A stretch of 64,000 bases of DNA. It comes from Candidatus Gottesmanbacteria bacterium. Lineage in GTDB: Bacteria; Patescibacteriota; Microgenomatia; UBA10105; UBA927. The DNA is taken from contig OY969569.1 in assembly GCA_963701185.1 (NCBI GenBank), forward strand, positions 181,735 to 245,734, read 5' to 3'. A program made the position numbers and the translations under genes. Within the stretch, counting starts at the first letter, position 1. Each line of letters opens with the position of its first letter. The notes under the pieces are model-generated. The model had not been told where the DNA came from. It saw nothing but the letters and a program-made list of their open reading frames with translations, and did not search any database. Shown piece after piece: positions 1 through 10,292 of the stretch.

Positions 1-544
1 GATTTTTCGGAAACCGATAGAGTTCGTATTCAGATGTGGAAAACAACGGGCGGTATTGTTTATGAAAGTCCTTGGGGTTGGTAGCGTTTCCGTAAACAAA
101 CCAGGTAAAAGGATCGGTAAATAGGTACCCGAGATATCTGTCGATAGGATTTGAATCCGGGGCGGGTGCGGTTTGAGGAAGAAAGCCCATAACTTCAGGA
201 TGTTTGCGATAGACGTTTACAACTGCGGATATAAACGTCTTCGTTGATAGGACATTATCCGAATCCGTATAAAAAAAGAGTGATCCTTTAGCTATTTTTG
301 CTGCGGCTGTTTTTCCGTATTCCTGATATATGTTTGGATTGTGTAATATCGTTGCGCTATATTTGCGTGCAAGTCGTACTGTTTTATCCGTGGAACCCCC
401 ATCGGCGATAATTATTTCTATCAGCTTTTGAGGATACAGTTGAGTTCGAATAGAAGAAAGACAGAAAGGTAAACTTTTCTCCGCATTCAGGGTGGGGATT
501 ATAAAAGAGACTATCGGGAGACTAGAAGTTCTGTTTGCTTTCAT
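1..544 (-). CDS. GT2 family glycosyltransferase (partial, runs off window start)
   Basis: Manual translation from ATG at 544: MKANRTSSLPIVSFIIPTLNAEK..IIIADGGSTDKT..FFYTDSDN, a GT-A N-terminus with DxD motif. Not in the ORF track because the stop is outside the window. Confidence 0.85.
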   Translation of the reverse strand, partial: MKANRTSSLPIVSFIIPTLNAEKSLPFCLSSIRTQLYPQKLIEIIIADGGSTDKTVRLARKYSATILHNPNIYQEYGKTAAAKIAKGSLFFYTDSDNVLSTKTFISAVVNVYRKHPEVMGFLPQTAPAPDSNPIDRYLGYLFTDPFTWFVYGNATNPKDFHKQYRPLFSTSEYELYRFPKN

Positions 545-593
545 GATTTCGTGAATTATAGTTGTATGAAGTAAAATAGCATGTGTATTATAC

Positions 594-1715
594 ATGAACG
601 GACATATGACTCAAAGAAAAAAGTTTATTTATCAGAACATCATACTGCAAAGTAGTTATCAAACGGTCGGACACGTCGGTGAATATTTTATTCAAAGAAC
701 ACACGATTTGATTGTTATGTATTCTATGCCCCGTATGCAAAATCATCCGAATGATATTTATCTATATGAAAAAGGGAAACTCGTAAATATTATCCATAAG
801 CCCGGCTCATCTCATCCATTACTGTATTATCTCTATTGGCTATTGGCATATTGGTTTATCTTAATCACCGTATGCAAAAAGAAAGAAGAATGGATTGTGC
901 TTGCCGGCCACCCGATTTTTTTCTTTTTTATGCCTCTACAAAAAATGATTCGTAATATAAGATTTGCTTATTGGGTTGGTGATTACTTCCCCGGAAACAA
1001 TTGGAAAATCCGTCTCTATGAAAAACTCAAAAAACATTACCATGACGCTATTCCGATTGGTTATTATTTATCTGATCGGATTAATGAGCGTTTGAATAGA
1101 GGAATCGTTCAAAATAGTAGCTATAGAAGAACTGTGGCATGGGGAATGAAACGATTCCCGGTGAAGGAAAAAGATTTGGAAAAAAGGTGGATGGCATTTA
1201 TCGGGGTTATTAAACCTAGTCAGAATATAGAAACAGTTCTCACGTATTTATATAAAAACCCGCAATGGAGGCTTAAGCTTATAGGTGTTTGTGAAAAGGA
1301 TTATTATCTGAAGCTAAGAAAAATCATTTCGCGGTACTCGCTCGAACACCGCGTATGGTTTCCAAATAAGTTTCTTCCGGAAAAACAACTACTGACGGAA
1401 TTAGACGGTTGTCTTATGGGACTAGCATTGTATAAGGGCGGCAAGAACCAATTCACATGGTATACGGATCCGGGGAAAATCAAAACATATTTGGAATTTA
1501 ATTTACCGGTTATTATGACCGATTCAGCTTCAATAGCGAAAGATATAATCAGATTTCACTCCGGAGAAGTTATGAAGGGACGATCCATGGACTATTATAT
1601 ACAGAGAATTATTTCAAATTACCCTTTGTATCAAAAAGGAGTGCGGGATATAACCAGTCATTACGAATATTCCAAATATTATGATGATCATTTTGTTGCT
1701 CTACGGCGTGGTTAG
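594..1715 (+). CDS. Glycosyltransferase, GT-B/GT4-like
   Basis: 373 aa; C-terminal FIGVIKPSQN..DPGKIKTYLEFNLPVIMT resembles the GT4 donor-binding domain. Confidence 0.6.
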   Translation: MNGHMTQRKKFIYQNIILQSSYQTVGHVGEYFIQRTHDLIVMYSMPRMQNHPNDIYLYEKGKLVNIIHKPGSSHPLLYYLYWLLAYWFILITVCKKKEEWIVLAGHPIFFFFMPLQKMIRNIRFAYWVGDYFPGNNWKIRLYEKLKKHYHDAIPIGYYLSDRINERLNRGIVQNSSYRRTVAWGMKRFPVKEKDLEKRWMAFIGVIKPSQNIETVLTYLYKNPQWRLKLIGVCEKDYYLKLRKIISRYSLEHRVWFPNKFLPEKQLLTELDGCLMGLALYKGGKNQFTWYTDPGKIKTYLEFNLPVIMTDSASIAKDIIRFHSGEVMKGRSMDYYIQRIISNYPLYQKGVRDITSHYEYSKYYDDHFVALRRG

Positions 1716-1734
1716 TATATAATACCGGTACTTT

Positions 1735-2511
1735 ATGAAAACAGTAATACTATGTGGTGGAATAGGCTATAGACTCAAAGAAGAAACCGAATTCAAGCCC
1801 AAGCCTATGGTATTGGTGGGAAATAAACCTATTCTGTGGCATATCATGAAAATATATGCACACTATGGGTTTAATGAGTTTATCATTGCCCTCGGGTATA
1901 AAGGAGATTTGATTAAAGAGTATTTTTTAAACCAAAAATATTTCGCACAAAATTTTACATTATATACAAAATCGGGTTCAACGGTTTTTCATAAGAATTT
2001 TTATACCACTGACAATTTCAAAATTACGTTTGTTGATACAGGAGAAGGCACGCTTCCGGGGGAAAGAATAATACGGGTGAAAGATTATATCCCGAAAGCG
2101 GATAAAGATTTTATGGTTACATACGGAGACGGGGTGTCCAATATTAATATCCGCCAGCTAGTTAATTTTCATAGGAAACAAAAAACGATTGGAACCATAA
2201 CCGGTGTGTATCCGAAAAGTAAATATGGAATGGTGCGGCAGAACATTAAACATATAGTAACAGAGTTTGTAGAAAAACCCGTATTACAGGATTGGGTAAA
2301 TGGAGGGTTTATGGTATTTAACCAAAAAGTTTTTAATTACCTGAGGCCGGCAGAATATGAGCATGAAGCATTAAAAAGACTTATCAAAGAACGTGAATTA
2401 TCTCTTTTCGTCCATAAAGGTTTTTGGCAGTCGATGGATACGTATTCTGATCTTGAACATCTTAATCTTTTATGGAAACAGAATCCGGAATGGAGAGTAT
2501 GGAAAGTTTAA
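1735..2511 (+). CDS. rfbF: Glucose-1-phosphate cytidylyltransferase
   Basis: ILCGGIGYRLKEETEFKPKPMV, ILWHIMKIY, MVTYGDGV, GFWQSMDT motifs. Confidence 0.9.
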   Translation: MKTVILCGGIGYRLKEETEFKPKPMVLVGNKPILWHIMKIYAHYGFNEFIIALGYKGDLIKEYFLNQKYFAQNFTLYTKSGSTVFHKNFYTTDNFKITFVDTGEGTLPGERIIRVKDYIPKADKDFMVTYGDGVSNINIRQLVNFHRKQKTIGTITGVYPKSKYGMVRQNIKHIVTEFVEKPVLQDWVNGGFMVFNQKVFNYLRPAEYEHEALKRLIKERELSLFVHKGFWQSMDTYSDLEHLNLLWKQNPEWRVWKV

Positions 2512-3464
2512 CAGGGAAAAATATTTTAGTTACCGGAGGTACGGGTTTTGTCGGCAGCCATCTCGTTGAGGCTCTGATTAAGCTTGGGTCAACTGTTATC
2601 GTACCCTACCGCAGTATAGATCCGCGGTCTTACTTTTCGGCCCAGAAGCTTCATAAGAATACGATCATGGTGCAAGGCGATGTTAAGAATTTTCAGGAAG
2701 TATTTGATATTGTGACAAAATACGAAATTGAATATATTTTTCATTTGGCTGCCCAGGCGATCGTTACGACTGCATATCATAATCCACTGGAAGCCTTTCA
2801 GACGAACATCATCGGCACGGCAAATATTCTGGAAGCCGCGCGGCTCTATGGAAAAGTGAAAGGGATCGTTATTGCATCTTCCGATAAAGCATACGGAAAA
2901 AGCGATAAGCCGTATAAAGAATCGGATGCGCTAAGGGGGGATCATCCATACGAGGTTTCTAAATCAGCGGCTGATCTTATTTCGCAGACCTATTATAAGA
3001 CCTATAAATTACCGGTAGTTATAACACGGTTTGGAAATATCTACGGGGAAGGCGATCTTAATTTTTCAAGAATTATTCCCGGAGTCATGAAATCACTTAT
3101 AACAAAAGAAGAATTGGTATTAAGAAGCGACGGAACCCATGTCCGTGACTACGTTTATGTGAAAGATGTTGTAAGAGGTTATCTCTTTTTGCTTGGTAAT
3201 ATAGACAAAATTAAAGGAGAAGCATTTAATTTGTCTTCGAACGATACATATTCTGTTTTAGATGTCATTAAACATATCGGTAAAAAATTGAATAAAAAAA
3301 TTTCTTATACTATAGCCAATTCAGCCAAAAACGAAATACCATATCAACATCTCTCATACGAAAAAATACATAAACTTGGCTGGAGGCCGATATATTCTAT
3401 TGATTCCACACTTGTTCCAGTTAAAAGCTGGTACAAAAAAACTATCAGGGAAATTTCGACGTGA
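2499..3464 (+). CDS. CDP-glucose 4,6-dehydratase-like extended SDR (RfbG-like)
   Basis: GGTGFVG, FHLAAQA, SSDKAYG, PYEVSK (YxxxK), RDYVYVKD; follows rfbF; start taken at M10 of the ORF. Confidence 0.75.
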   Translation: MESLTGKNILVTGGTGFVGSHLVEALIKLGSTVIVPYRSIDPRSYFSAQKLHKNTIMVQGDVKNFQEVFDIVTKYEIEYIFHLAAQAIVTTAYHNPLEAFQTNIIGTANILEAARLYGKVKGIVIASSDKAYGKSDKPYKESDALRGDHPYEVSKSAADLISQTYYKTYKLPVVITRFGNIYGEGDLNFSRIIPGVMKSLITKEELVLRSDGTHVRDYVYVKDVVRGYLFLLGNIDKIKGEAFNLSSNDTYSVLDVIKHIGKKLNKKISYTIANSAKNEIPYQHLSYEKIHKLGWRPIYSIDSTLVPVKSWYKKTIREIST

Positions 3465-3471
3465 TTTTTGA

Positions 3472-4395
3472 ATGAATACTATGAAGAATTCAAATGGTTA
3501 TGCCCGTGATTCTAAAGTGAAAGTAGGAATAATCGGCACTGGAAATATCGGAACGGATTTGCTTGTAAAAATTCTTCGATCGAAATTACTCGAGTGCGCT
3601 ATCTTTACCGGGAAAAATATTAACTCGAAGGGTATGAAAAAAGCGAGGGCGTTAGGAGTGCGAACGTCTGATAAATCAATTTCTATAATAGAGCAGAACC
3701 CTGATTTGTGCGAGATTGTATTCGATGCTACTTCCGCGGAATCTCATGCGAAGCACGCACCGATTCTTAAAAAAATGGGTAAGTTTGTTATTGATATGAC
3801 TCCGTCCCGTATCGGGAAAATGTGTGTTCCAATGGTTAATTTAAAGGAAAGTCTAAATGAGTCAAATGTAAATATGGTGACCTGTGGAGGCCAAGCAACT
3901 ATTCCTATCGCGATAGCCATGAAGACAATTCATCCGGAAATTGAGTATCTTGAAATTGTATCCAGCATAGCATCGAAGTCTGCCGGAATCGGAACACGAA
4001 ACAATATTGATGAATATACTCAAACGACAAGCGATGGAATAAAGAAATTCGCAGGAATTCCTTCTACAAAAGCAATAATTATTTTAAATCCTGCTGACCC
4101 GCCGATTCTCATGCATAATACTATATATGCTTCGATACATAATCCCGATATTTCTGCATTAGATAAAGAAATACGACGAGTCGTTCGTGAAATCAAAAAA
4201 TATGTTCCTGGGTATCAGTTGGTATTAGGTCCGGTACATGAGAATAATAGAGTTACAGTAATGATAGAAGTTGTTGGTATGGGTGATTATTTACCTGTTT
4301 ATGCAGGCAATTTAGATATTATCAATCATGCTGCTATTCGGGTTGCAGAGGAGTATGTACGACATGAGCTAGCGAAATCGGGGAGCCATCAATGA
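3472..4395 (+). CDS. mhpF: Acetaldehyde dehydrogenase (acylating), DmpF/MhpF family
   Basis: IIGTGNIGTDL, VFDATSA, NVNMVTCGGQATIP (catalytic Cys), GTRNNIDEY, YAGNLDI. Confidence 0.9.
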   Translation: MNTMKNSNGYARDSKVKVGIIGTGNIGTDLLVKILRSKLLECAIFTGKNINSKGMKKARALGVRTSDKSISIIEQNPDLCEIVFDATSAESHAKHAPILKKMGKFVIDMTPSRIGKMCVPMVNLKESLNESNVNMVTCGGQATIPIAIAMKTIHPEIEYLEIVSSIASKSAGIGTRNNIDEYTQTTSDGIKKFAGIPSTKAIIILNPADPPILMHNTIYASIHNPDISALDKEIRRVVREIKKYVPGYQLVLGPVHENNRVTVMIEVVGMGDYLPVYAGNLDIINHAAIRVAEEYVRHELAKSGSHQ

Positions 4396-5402
4396 AAAAC
4401 GACATCATAATTATCGACTCTACATTGCGGGACGGTTCACATGCGATGCGTCATCAGCTGACAAAGGAACATATTCGTGATTATGCAAGAGGTGCAGAAT
4501 TAGCAAACACAAAAATTTTGGTAGTCGGGCACGGTATGGGCCTTGGGGCCTCTTCGCTTCAGCAAGGAAAATCACTCTTGTCAGATAGGGAAATGCTTTT
4601 TACTGCAAAAAAACAGCTAAAGAAAACAAAATTGGGTGTGTTTTTTATTCCCGGCTACGGAACGATAAAAAATGACATAGAACCTATTCTTTCTGTTGGG
4701 ATTGATGTCATTATGATAGCCTCGCATTGTACAGAAGCCAATGTTACGAGAGAACATATCCAATATTCCATTCGTAAAGGAATAAAAGTTTATGGAGTGT
4801 TAATGATGTCTCATATGGTTTCAGCTAAGATACTTCTGGAACAATCAAAATTAATGCAGGAATACGGGGTAAGCGGCGTTTTATTAATGGATTCAGCGGG
4901 TGCATATCTGCCAAAAGATGTGGCAAAAAACATCCGTACTCTTACGAGAGGTTTAAAAATTGACGTTGGTTACCATGCCCATAACAATTTAGGGTTGGCG
5001 GTTTCAAATTCCGTGATAGCCGTCGAAAACGGGGCAAAAATTATTGACGCGTGCTCACGGGGACTGGGGGCAGGAGCAGGAAATTGCCAGCTGGAAGTAC
5101 TGGTTGGTGTTCTTACCAAATTAGGATACAAGACGGGACTGGATTTATATACGTTAATGGATAACAGCGAAAATATTATCGCTAAGATAATGTTAAAACC
5201 TTTGGAAATTAATCACATTACGCTTATGGGAGGCATTACCGGCGTTGTGTCCGCGTTTGCCCCCCATGTGTTAAAAGCAGCCCAAAGATTCCATGTTGAT
5301 CCGCGAGACATATTAATACAATTAGGAAAACGACAGGTCGTAGGTGGTCAGGAGGATATTATTATTGACGTTGCTATGCAATTAAGCAAAAAAAGGAAAT
5401 AG
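4392..5402 (+). CDS. mhpE: 4-hydroxy-2-oxovalerate aldolase, DmpG/MhpE family
   Basis: DSTLRDGSH, HCTEA, DSAG, HAHNNLG, GLGAGAGN, VGGQEDII; ATGA overlap with mhpF. Confidence 0.9.
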   Translation: MKNDIIIIDSTLRDGSHAMRHQLTKEHIRDYARGAELANTKILVVGHGMGLGASSLQQGKSLLSDREMLFTAKKQLKKTKLGVFFIPGYGTIKNDIEPILSVGIDVIMIASHCTEANVTREHIQYSIRKGIKVYGVLMMSHMVSAKILLEQSKLMQEYGVSGVLLMDSAGAYLPKDVAKNIRTLTRGLKIDVGYHAHNNLGLAVSNSVIAVENGAKIIDACSRGLGAGAGNCQLEVLVGVLTKLGYKTGLDLYTLMDNSENIIAKIMLKPLEINHITLMGGITGVVSAFAPHVLKAAQRFHVDPRDILIQLGKRQVVGGQEDIIIDVAMQLSKKRK

Positions 5403-5411
5403 GATATCACT

Positions 5412-7214
5412 ATGGTTCGCGTTGCAGATTATATTATTACTTTTCTTTATTCAATCGGGATACGTGAGATATTCGTTATGACCGGGGGTGGAAGCATGTA
5501 TCTTAATGATGCGCTTGGGCGCCACAAAAAAATGAAATACGTTTGTCAACATCACGAACAATCGTGTGCTACTGCTGCGGATGCATATGCGAGAGTAACG
5601 GAAAACATCGGAGCAGCGATGGTTACTACCGGTCCTGCTTCTACGAATGCAATCACGGGAGCGTTAAGCGCTTGGTTCGATTCTGTACCCATGATAGTCG
5701 TTTCAGGCCAAGCAAAAAGAAAAGACGCATCATATAATTCCGGTATTCCCGGCCTACGGCAGTTAGGGGTTCAAGAACTGAATATTATCCCTCTTATTAG
5801 TAGTATTACGAAATATTGCATTACGCTGAACGAGCCCGAAAAGATTCGTTATGTTCTTGAAAAAGCAAAATATATGGCGATGTCAGGGAGACCTGGGCCA
5901 GTCTGGATTGATGTTCCTCTCGATGTTCAGAGTGCTCTTGTAGATCCAAAACGATTGCAGCGTTTTTTGATTCCTCATACAAAGAACAATAAAAAAAAAG
6001 CGTTGTTGAAACAAAATGTGAGATATGTAATAGATTCCTTATTGCATGCAAAAAAGCCATTATTCATTGCGGGAAACGGCATTAAATGTTCCCACGCTCA
6101 AAAGTGGTTTATTGAATTAATAGAAAAGCTACAGATTCCGGTTGTTACATCAAACATGGGAATAGATTTGATCGGTTATGATAATCCTTTAAATCTGGGA
6201 ATGGGCGGAATTAAAGGGCAAAGATCCGCAAATATTGCGATGCAAAACGCAGATTTATTGATAAGTATTGGTAATCGTCTAAGTATTCCTTTTATTGGAT
6301 ATGAGTATGATAAATTTGCACCACAGGCAAAAAAAATAGTTATAGATATTGATCGAACGGATCATAAAAAGAAGACAATTCATATTGATAAATTTATTCT
6401 GGCTGACGCCGGCGAATTTATTGAACAAATGATACAAATGTCTGGAGAAGCATCATTTTCCTTCAAAAGTAATTGGGTAAAGAACTGCTCTGCGATAAAG
6501 TACAGATATCCGGTGTGCTTGCCCGCGTACGCAAATGAAAAGGGAGATATGAACATGTATTATGTCGTAAATGAGATAGCTTCACGTCTGACTAAGTCGG
6601 ACGTAATCGTCGCAGACGCAGGTTCTGCATATTACGTTACTCCACAAGCACTTAAAATCAAACTCGGTCAGAAACTAATTTTACCCGGAGGGGCAGCTCA
6701 TATGGGGTATAATCTTCCCGCGAGCGTCGGCGCGAGCGTCGGTTTGCATAAGAAACGGGTTATTTGTATAACCGGCGACGGGTCGTTACAAACAAATATC
6801 CATGATTTACAGACCATAGCTTTTTATAAACTTCCCGTTAAAATATTTGTTTTCAATAATAAGGGCTATCTGTCGATAAGAAATACCCAACGGTCTCTTT
6901 TTCAAAATCTAAGAGTAGGAGAAAGCGAAAATACGGGACTATCTTTCCCGGATTTGAAAAAGATCTCGTATGCGTATGGGATAACGTATGTATTGGTAAA
7001 AAATAAAAAGAATTTACGGACTGTCCTTCCAAAAATACTTGAAACTAATAAACCGGTTATATGCGATATCCAATGTTTATACGAGCAGGAAATTATTCCG
7101 TCTGTTTCGTCTAAAAAATTGCCGGATGGCACCATGGTTTCGTCAACTATCGATGATATGTTTCCTTTTTTGCCGGCCAAAGAGATGAAAAAAATAAGGA
7201 AAGATTTGCAGTGA
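5412..7214 (+). CDS. ThDP-dependent enzyme, acetolactate synthase-like, YerE-type branched-sugar synthase
   Basis: HHEQ, TTGP, SGRPGPVWIDVPLDVQ, ThDP motif GDGS..NN, and C-terminal DDMFPFL as in sugar-cluster YerE-like proteins. Confidence 0.8.
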   Translation: MVRVADYIITFLYSIGIREIFVMTGGGSMYLNDALGRHKKMKYVCQHHEQSCATAADAYARVTENIGAAMVTTGPASTNAITGALSAWFDSVPMIVVSGQAKRKDASYNSGIPGLRQLGVQELNIIPLISSITKYCITLNEPEKIRYVLEKAKYMAMSGRPGPVWIDVPLDVQSALVDPKRLQRFLIPHTKNNKKKALLKQNVRYVIDSLLHAKKPLFIAGNGIKCSHAQKWFIELIEKLQIPVVTSNMGIDLIGYDNPLNLGMGGIKGQRSANIAMQNADLLISIGNRLSIPFIGYEYDKFAPQAKKIVIDIDRTDHKKKTIHIDKFILADAGEFIEQMIQMSGEASFSFKSNWVKNCSAIKYRYPVCLPAYANEKGDMNMYYVVNEIASRLTKSDVIVADAGSAYYVTPQALKIKLGQKLILPGGAAHMGYNLPASVGASVGLHKKRVICITGDGSLQTNIHDLQTIAFYKLPVKIFVFNNKGYLSIRNTQRSLFQNLRVGESENTGLSFPDLKKISYAYGITYVLVKNKKNLRTVLPKILETNKPVICDIQCLYEQEIIPSVSSKKLPDGTMVSSTIDDMFPFLPAKEMKKIRKDLQ

Positions 7215-7220
7215 TCTCTT

Positions 7221-8384
7221 ATGCTATTACAAAATGTTCCTCCACCGGATGAAATATTTCAGCTACATAAAGAGTTTCTCGTTGATCCCAGACGCAATAA
7301 AATTAACGGAGGAATCGGAGTTTTTCTCGACAATCTGGGAAATCCGTACGTGTTGCCTGCAGTTGGCAACGCAATTAAGTCTTTAACGTTTAGCAATTTT
7401 AATTATTTGCCGATTTCCGGCGAGCCGATATTCTTAGAAGAATCAACAAGACTTGTTTTTGGCAGTCTTCATTTTTTGCAATACAAAGAATATATTGCAA
7501 AGCAGGCAGTCGTAGGCGGTACGAACGGGCTTTATATTTGGGGAAGCACGATTGCGGACTCGGAATCAACACCAAAAATTATTATCGGCAGCCCATCTTG
7601 GGAAAACCATGTGAATGTATTTACCCGTCTTGGATTTCAAATTATTGGATACAATCATCTTGATAATGATAAGAAATTCAATTATGAAGGGTTACAAAAA
7701 ACTCTGGCACAGAATCCGGAAGCGTACGTTCTTTTTCACGGCGGACCTACCCATAACCCCACCGGTATCAATCCCAGTATAAGTCAGTGGGTACAGTTAA
7801 AAAATATTCTTAAGTCATCGCAAAATAAAGTTTTATTTGATTTTGCGTATATGGGATTGGGAGACAGCATTCAGTCAGACAGATTCCCCGTCAAGTTATT
7901 CACCGAAGCAAAAATACCATTATCTGTAATAATTTCATATTCCAAGAATATGAGTTTATATCAGCATAGGGTAGGGGCCATTTTAACTGTATGCAGGTCA
8001 AAAAAAGAAAAAGAAATACAAGAGAAATATTACACTAATGTTTTCCGTATTGTTAATTCTAATCCTCCTGCATTCGGCGAACACATTGCTAAAACGATCC
8101 TACTATCACGTTATTTAAAAGATGAGTGGTTTAATAATATAAAAAGCATGGTGCGTAATTTACGTGAGCGGCGTAAAGTTTTTGCGCGGTATGCTGGAAA
8201 AAGGTTTGAGCACGTTACCCGGGAAAAAGGATTATATAGTCTTCTTGATATACGAAAAGATCAGGTTCTGGCTCTAAAGAAGGACTATGGCATATATCTT
8301 TTGTCAAACGGAAGAATAAATTTCGGTGGAATTTCCTTGCCGGACATTCAAAAGGTAGCAGAATCTGTCAGGGATCTTTTTTAA
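7221..8384 (+). CDS. Aspartate/aromatic aminotransferase (AspC/TyrB class I)
   Basis: PPDEIF, YLPISG, HNPTG, DFAYMG, SYSKNMSLY..RVG (PLP Lys), GRIN. Confidence 0.85.
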   Translation: MLLQNVPPPDEIFQLHKEFLVDPRRNKINGGIGVFLDNLGNPYVLPAVGNAIKSLTFSNFNYLPISGEPIFLEESTRLVFGSLHFLQYKEYIAKQAVVGGTNGLYIWGSTIADSESTPKIIIGSPSWENHVNVFTRLGFQIIGYNHLDNDKKFNYEGLQKTLAQNPEAYVLFHGGPTHNPTGINPSISQWVQLKNILKSSQNKVLFDFAYMGLGDSIQSDRFPVKLFTEAKIPLSVIISYSKNMSLYQHRVGAILTVCRSKKEKEIQEKYYTNVFRIVNSNPPAFGEHIAKTILLSRYLKDEWFNNIKSMVRNLRERRKVFARYAGKRFEHVTREKGLYSLLDIRKDQVLALKKDYGIYLLSNGRINFGGISLPDIQKVAESVRDLF

Positions 8385-8388
8385 AAGT

Positions 8389-9258
8389 ATGAATATACTA
8401 ATCACAGGAGCGTCTGGTTTTATAGGCAAAAATTTAACAAAATATTTATCAACACAATATCATTTGTTTACACCGACGCATGAACAGCTAGATCTGTTGA
8501 ATGAAGACAAAGTATTGCGGTTCTTTAAAAAACAGAAAATTGACACTGTTATTCATTGTGCAGTTATTGGCGGAAATAGAAAAGACCAGCATGTTGAGAA
8601 CATGTTTTATGATAACATGCGTATTTTTTTTAATATTGCCCGGTGCAATAAACATTTTTCGCGAATGATAAATATCGGGTCCGGAGCTGAATACGATAAA
8701 CGTTTTCCGATTAAGAAAGCTAAAGAAGATGATTTTGGAAAACGTATTCCGGCCGATGAGTATGGTTTATATAAGTATATTTGTGCACAGCATATCGCTG
8801 AAACAAACAATATTGTGGACCTTCGGGTTTTTGGCGTGTTTGGTGAAGGGGAAGATTATCGGCACAGATTTATATCGAATATTATCTGTAGGATAATATT
8901 CGATCTGCCTATCGTAATTAACCAGGATTTATATTTTGACTATATTGACGTACGCGACGTCGTAAAAATTATAGACCATTTTATTATGCATGAACCACGA
9001 TATAGGGCATATAATATAGGAACAGGAGTTCGAAGAAACTTAAAAAACATTGCGCTTGAGATAAATACAGCAGTTTCTAGGCAAAAGAAAATTATTATCA
9101 AAAAAAGAGGACTCGGTCGGGAGTATACGGCGGATATTTCCCGTTTAAAAAAGGAACTCCTTTTATTACATTTTACTCCATTTACACGGTCAATAGAGGA
9201 TTTATATCAATGGTATTTGACGAGGAAAAAGCAGATTGAACCGGACAGTTTACTCTAA
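8389..9258 (+). CDS. NAD-dependent epimerase/reductase (possible YerF-type ketoreductase)
   Basis: GASGFIG, GSGAEY, YGLYK; lies downstream of the YerE-like gene. Confidence 0.7.
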   Translation: MNILITGASGFIGKNLTKYLSTQYHLFTPTHEQLDLLNEDKVLRFFKKQKIDTVIHCAVIGGNRKDQHVENMFYDNMRIFFNIARCNKHFSRMINIGSGAEYDKRFPIKKAKEDDFGKRIPADEYGLYKYICAQHIAETNNIVDLRVFGVFGEGEDYRHRFISNIICRIIFDLPIVINQDLYFDYIDVRDVVKIIDHFIMHEPRYRAYNIGTGVRRNLKNIALEINTAVSRQKKIIIKKRGLGREYTADISRLKKELLLLHFTPFTRSIEDLYQWYLTRKKQIEPDSLL

Positions 9259-9278
9259 TTTATTGTCCAGATGAATTT

Positions 9279-10292
9279 ATGAAAGCACCATCAATTACGA
9301 TTTTAACGGCGACATTAAATCCTCAAATTTCTACATTTAAAAGGATGCTGGAATCAATAAAAGAACAGAGGTACCACGGTTATATTGAACATATTATATT
9401 GGACGGCGGAAGCAAAAACGGTTCTATGGAATTAGCAAAACAATATGGGTGTAAGATTTTGATTTTTAGAAATTCTATACATGAGGGGGAGAGCCGAATG
9501 TATAAAGGGATTCATGCATGCCATGGGGAAATTCTTTTACTTCTGGAATCCGATAATTTTTTGGTTGGCTCGGATTGGATGTCGCGACTAACGGAGCCGT
9601 TCAAAAATTCAAAAGTTTTTTCCACATATCCGGCGTATAACAATTTTGAGAAACATATGAATATTCTTACGCGGTACACGGCTTTAATAGGAGCACCGGA
9701 GCCGACGCTATTTTATCTAAAGAAATCGGATAAAATTCCGCGTATTCAAGCATCCTACGACAAGGGAACAATTTTATCAGAGAATAGTCGTTATTACACA
9801 GTGAAATTTAATTCTCTCAATCTTCCCACTATGGGAGATAACGGGTTTATGGTCAGGAAGAAAGTACTGAATAAAGTTATCTTTAAAAGTAGAATGTATT
9901 TTCATACCGATGCATTCCGAATGCTATTGGATCTCGGATATGATACATACGGAGTAACAAAGAATTCCATCATACACACCACAAAATCTAATATGGTACA
10001 TACAGTGATGCGCAGAATTCAGGTAAAACGGCATTTTTCCGATGATTTGCGGGGTACAAGAAAATATCTGGTTTTTAACTGGCACTCGGCGGAAGATTGG
10101 CTCCGACTAGTCGTTTACATAATTTTTAGTTTGACATTGATTCAACCATTATTCTTTTCTATCCGCGGATATAAGAAAATTCCGGACATTGCATGGTTTC
10201 TCCATCCAGTTATGTGCTTTGTTATGGTGATAGGATATATGATTTCCGAAGTTGAATATCAAATAAAAAATATATCTAAAAAACTGATATGA
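9279..10292 (+). CDS. GT2 family glycosyltransferase
   Basis: ILDGGSKNGS, LESDN, C-terminal hydrophobic segments. Confidence 0.8.
   Translation: MKAPSITILTATLNPQISTFKRMLESIKEQRYHGYIEHIILDGGSKNGSMELAKQYGCKILIFRNSIHEGESRMYKGIHACHGEILLLLESDNFLVGSDWMSRLTEPFKNSKVFSTYPAYNNFEKHMNILTRYTALIGAPEPTLFYLKKSDKIPRIQASYDKGTILSENSRYYTVKFNSLNLPTMGDNGFMVRKKVLNKVIFKSRMYFHTDAFRMLLDLGYDTYGVTKNSIIHTTKSNMVHTVMRRIQVKRHFSDDLRGTRKYLVFNWHSAEDWLRLVVYIIFSLTLIQPLFFSIRGYKKIPDIAWFLHPVMCFVMVIGYMISEVEYQIKNISKKLI

Noticed and set aside
2490-2507. ATGGAGAGT/ATGGAAAGT 9-bp repeat (MES-MES)
   Set aside because: A by-product of the overlap with the rfbF C-terminus (WRVWKV).
3472-5402. Aromatic (catechol meta-cleavage) degradation pathway
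   Set aside because: No dioxygenase, hydrolase or hydratase genes; the context is nucleotide-sugar biosynthesis.
6720-6742. Tandem GCGAGCGTCGG duplication
   Set aside because: It encodes ASVGASVG in the conserved helix before the ThDP motif; two copies only, explained by the protein.
5412-7214. ilvB for branched-chain amino acid synthesis
   Set aside because: No ilvN/ilvC/ilvD nearby; context and C-terminus fit YerE-like sugar enzymes.
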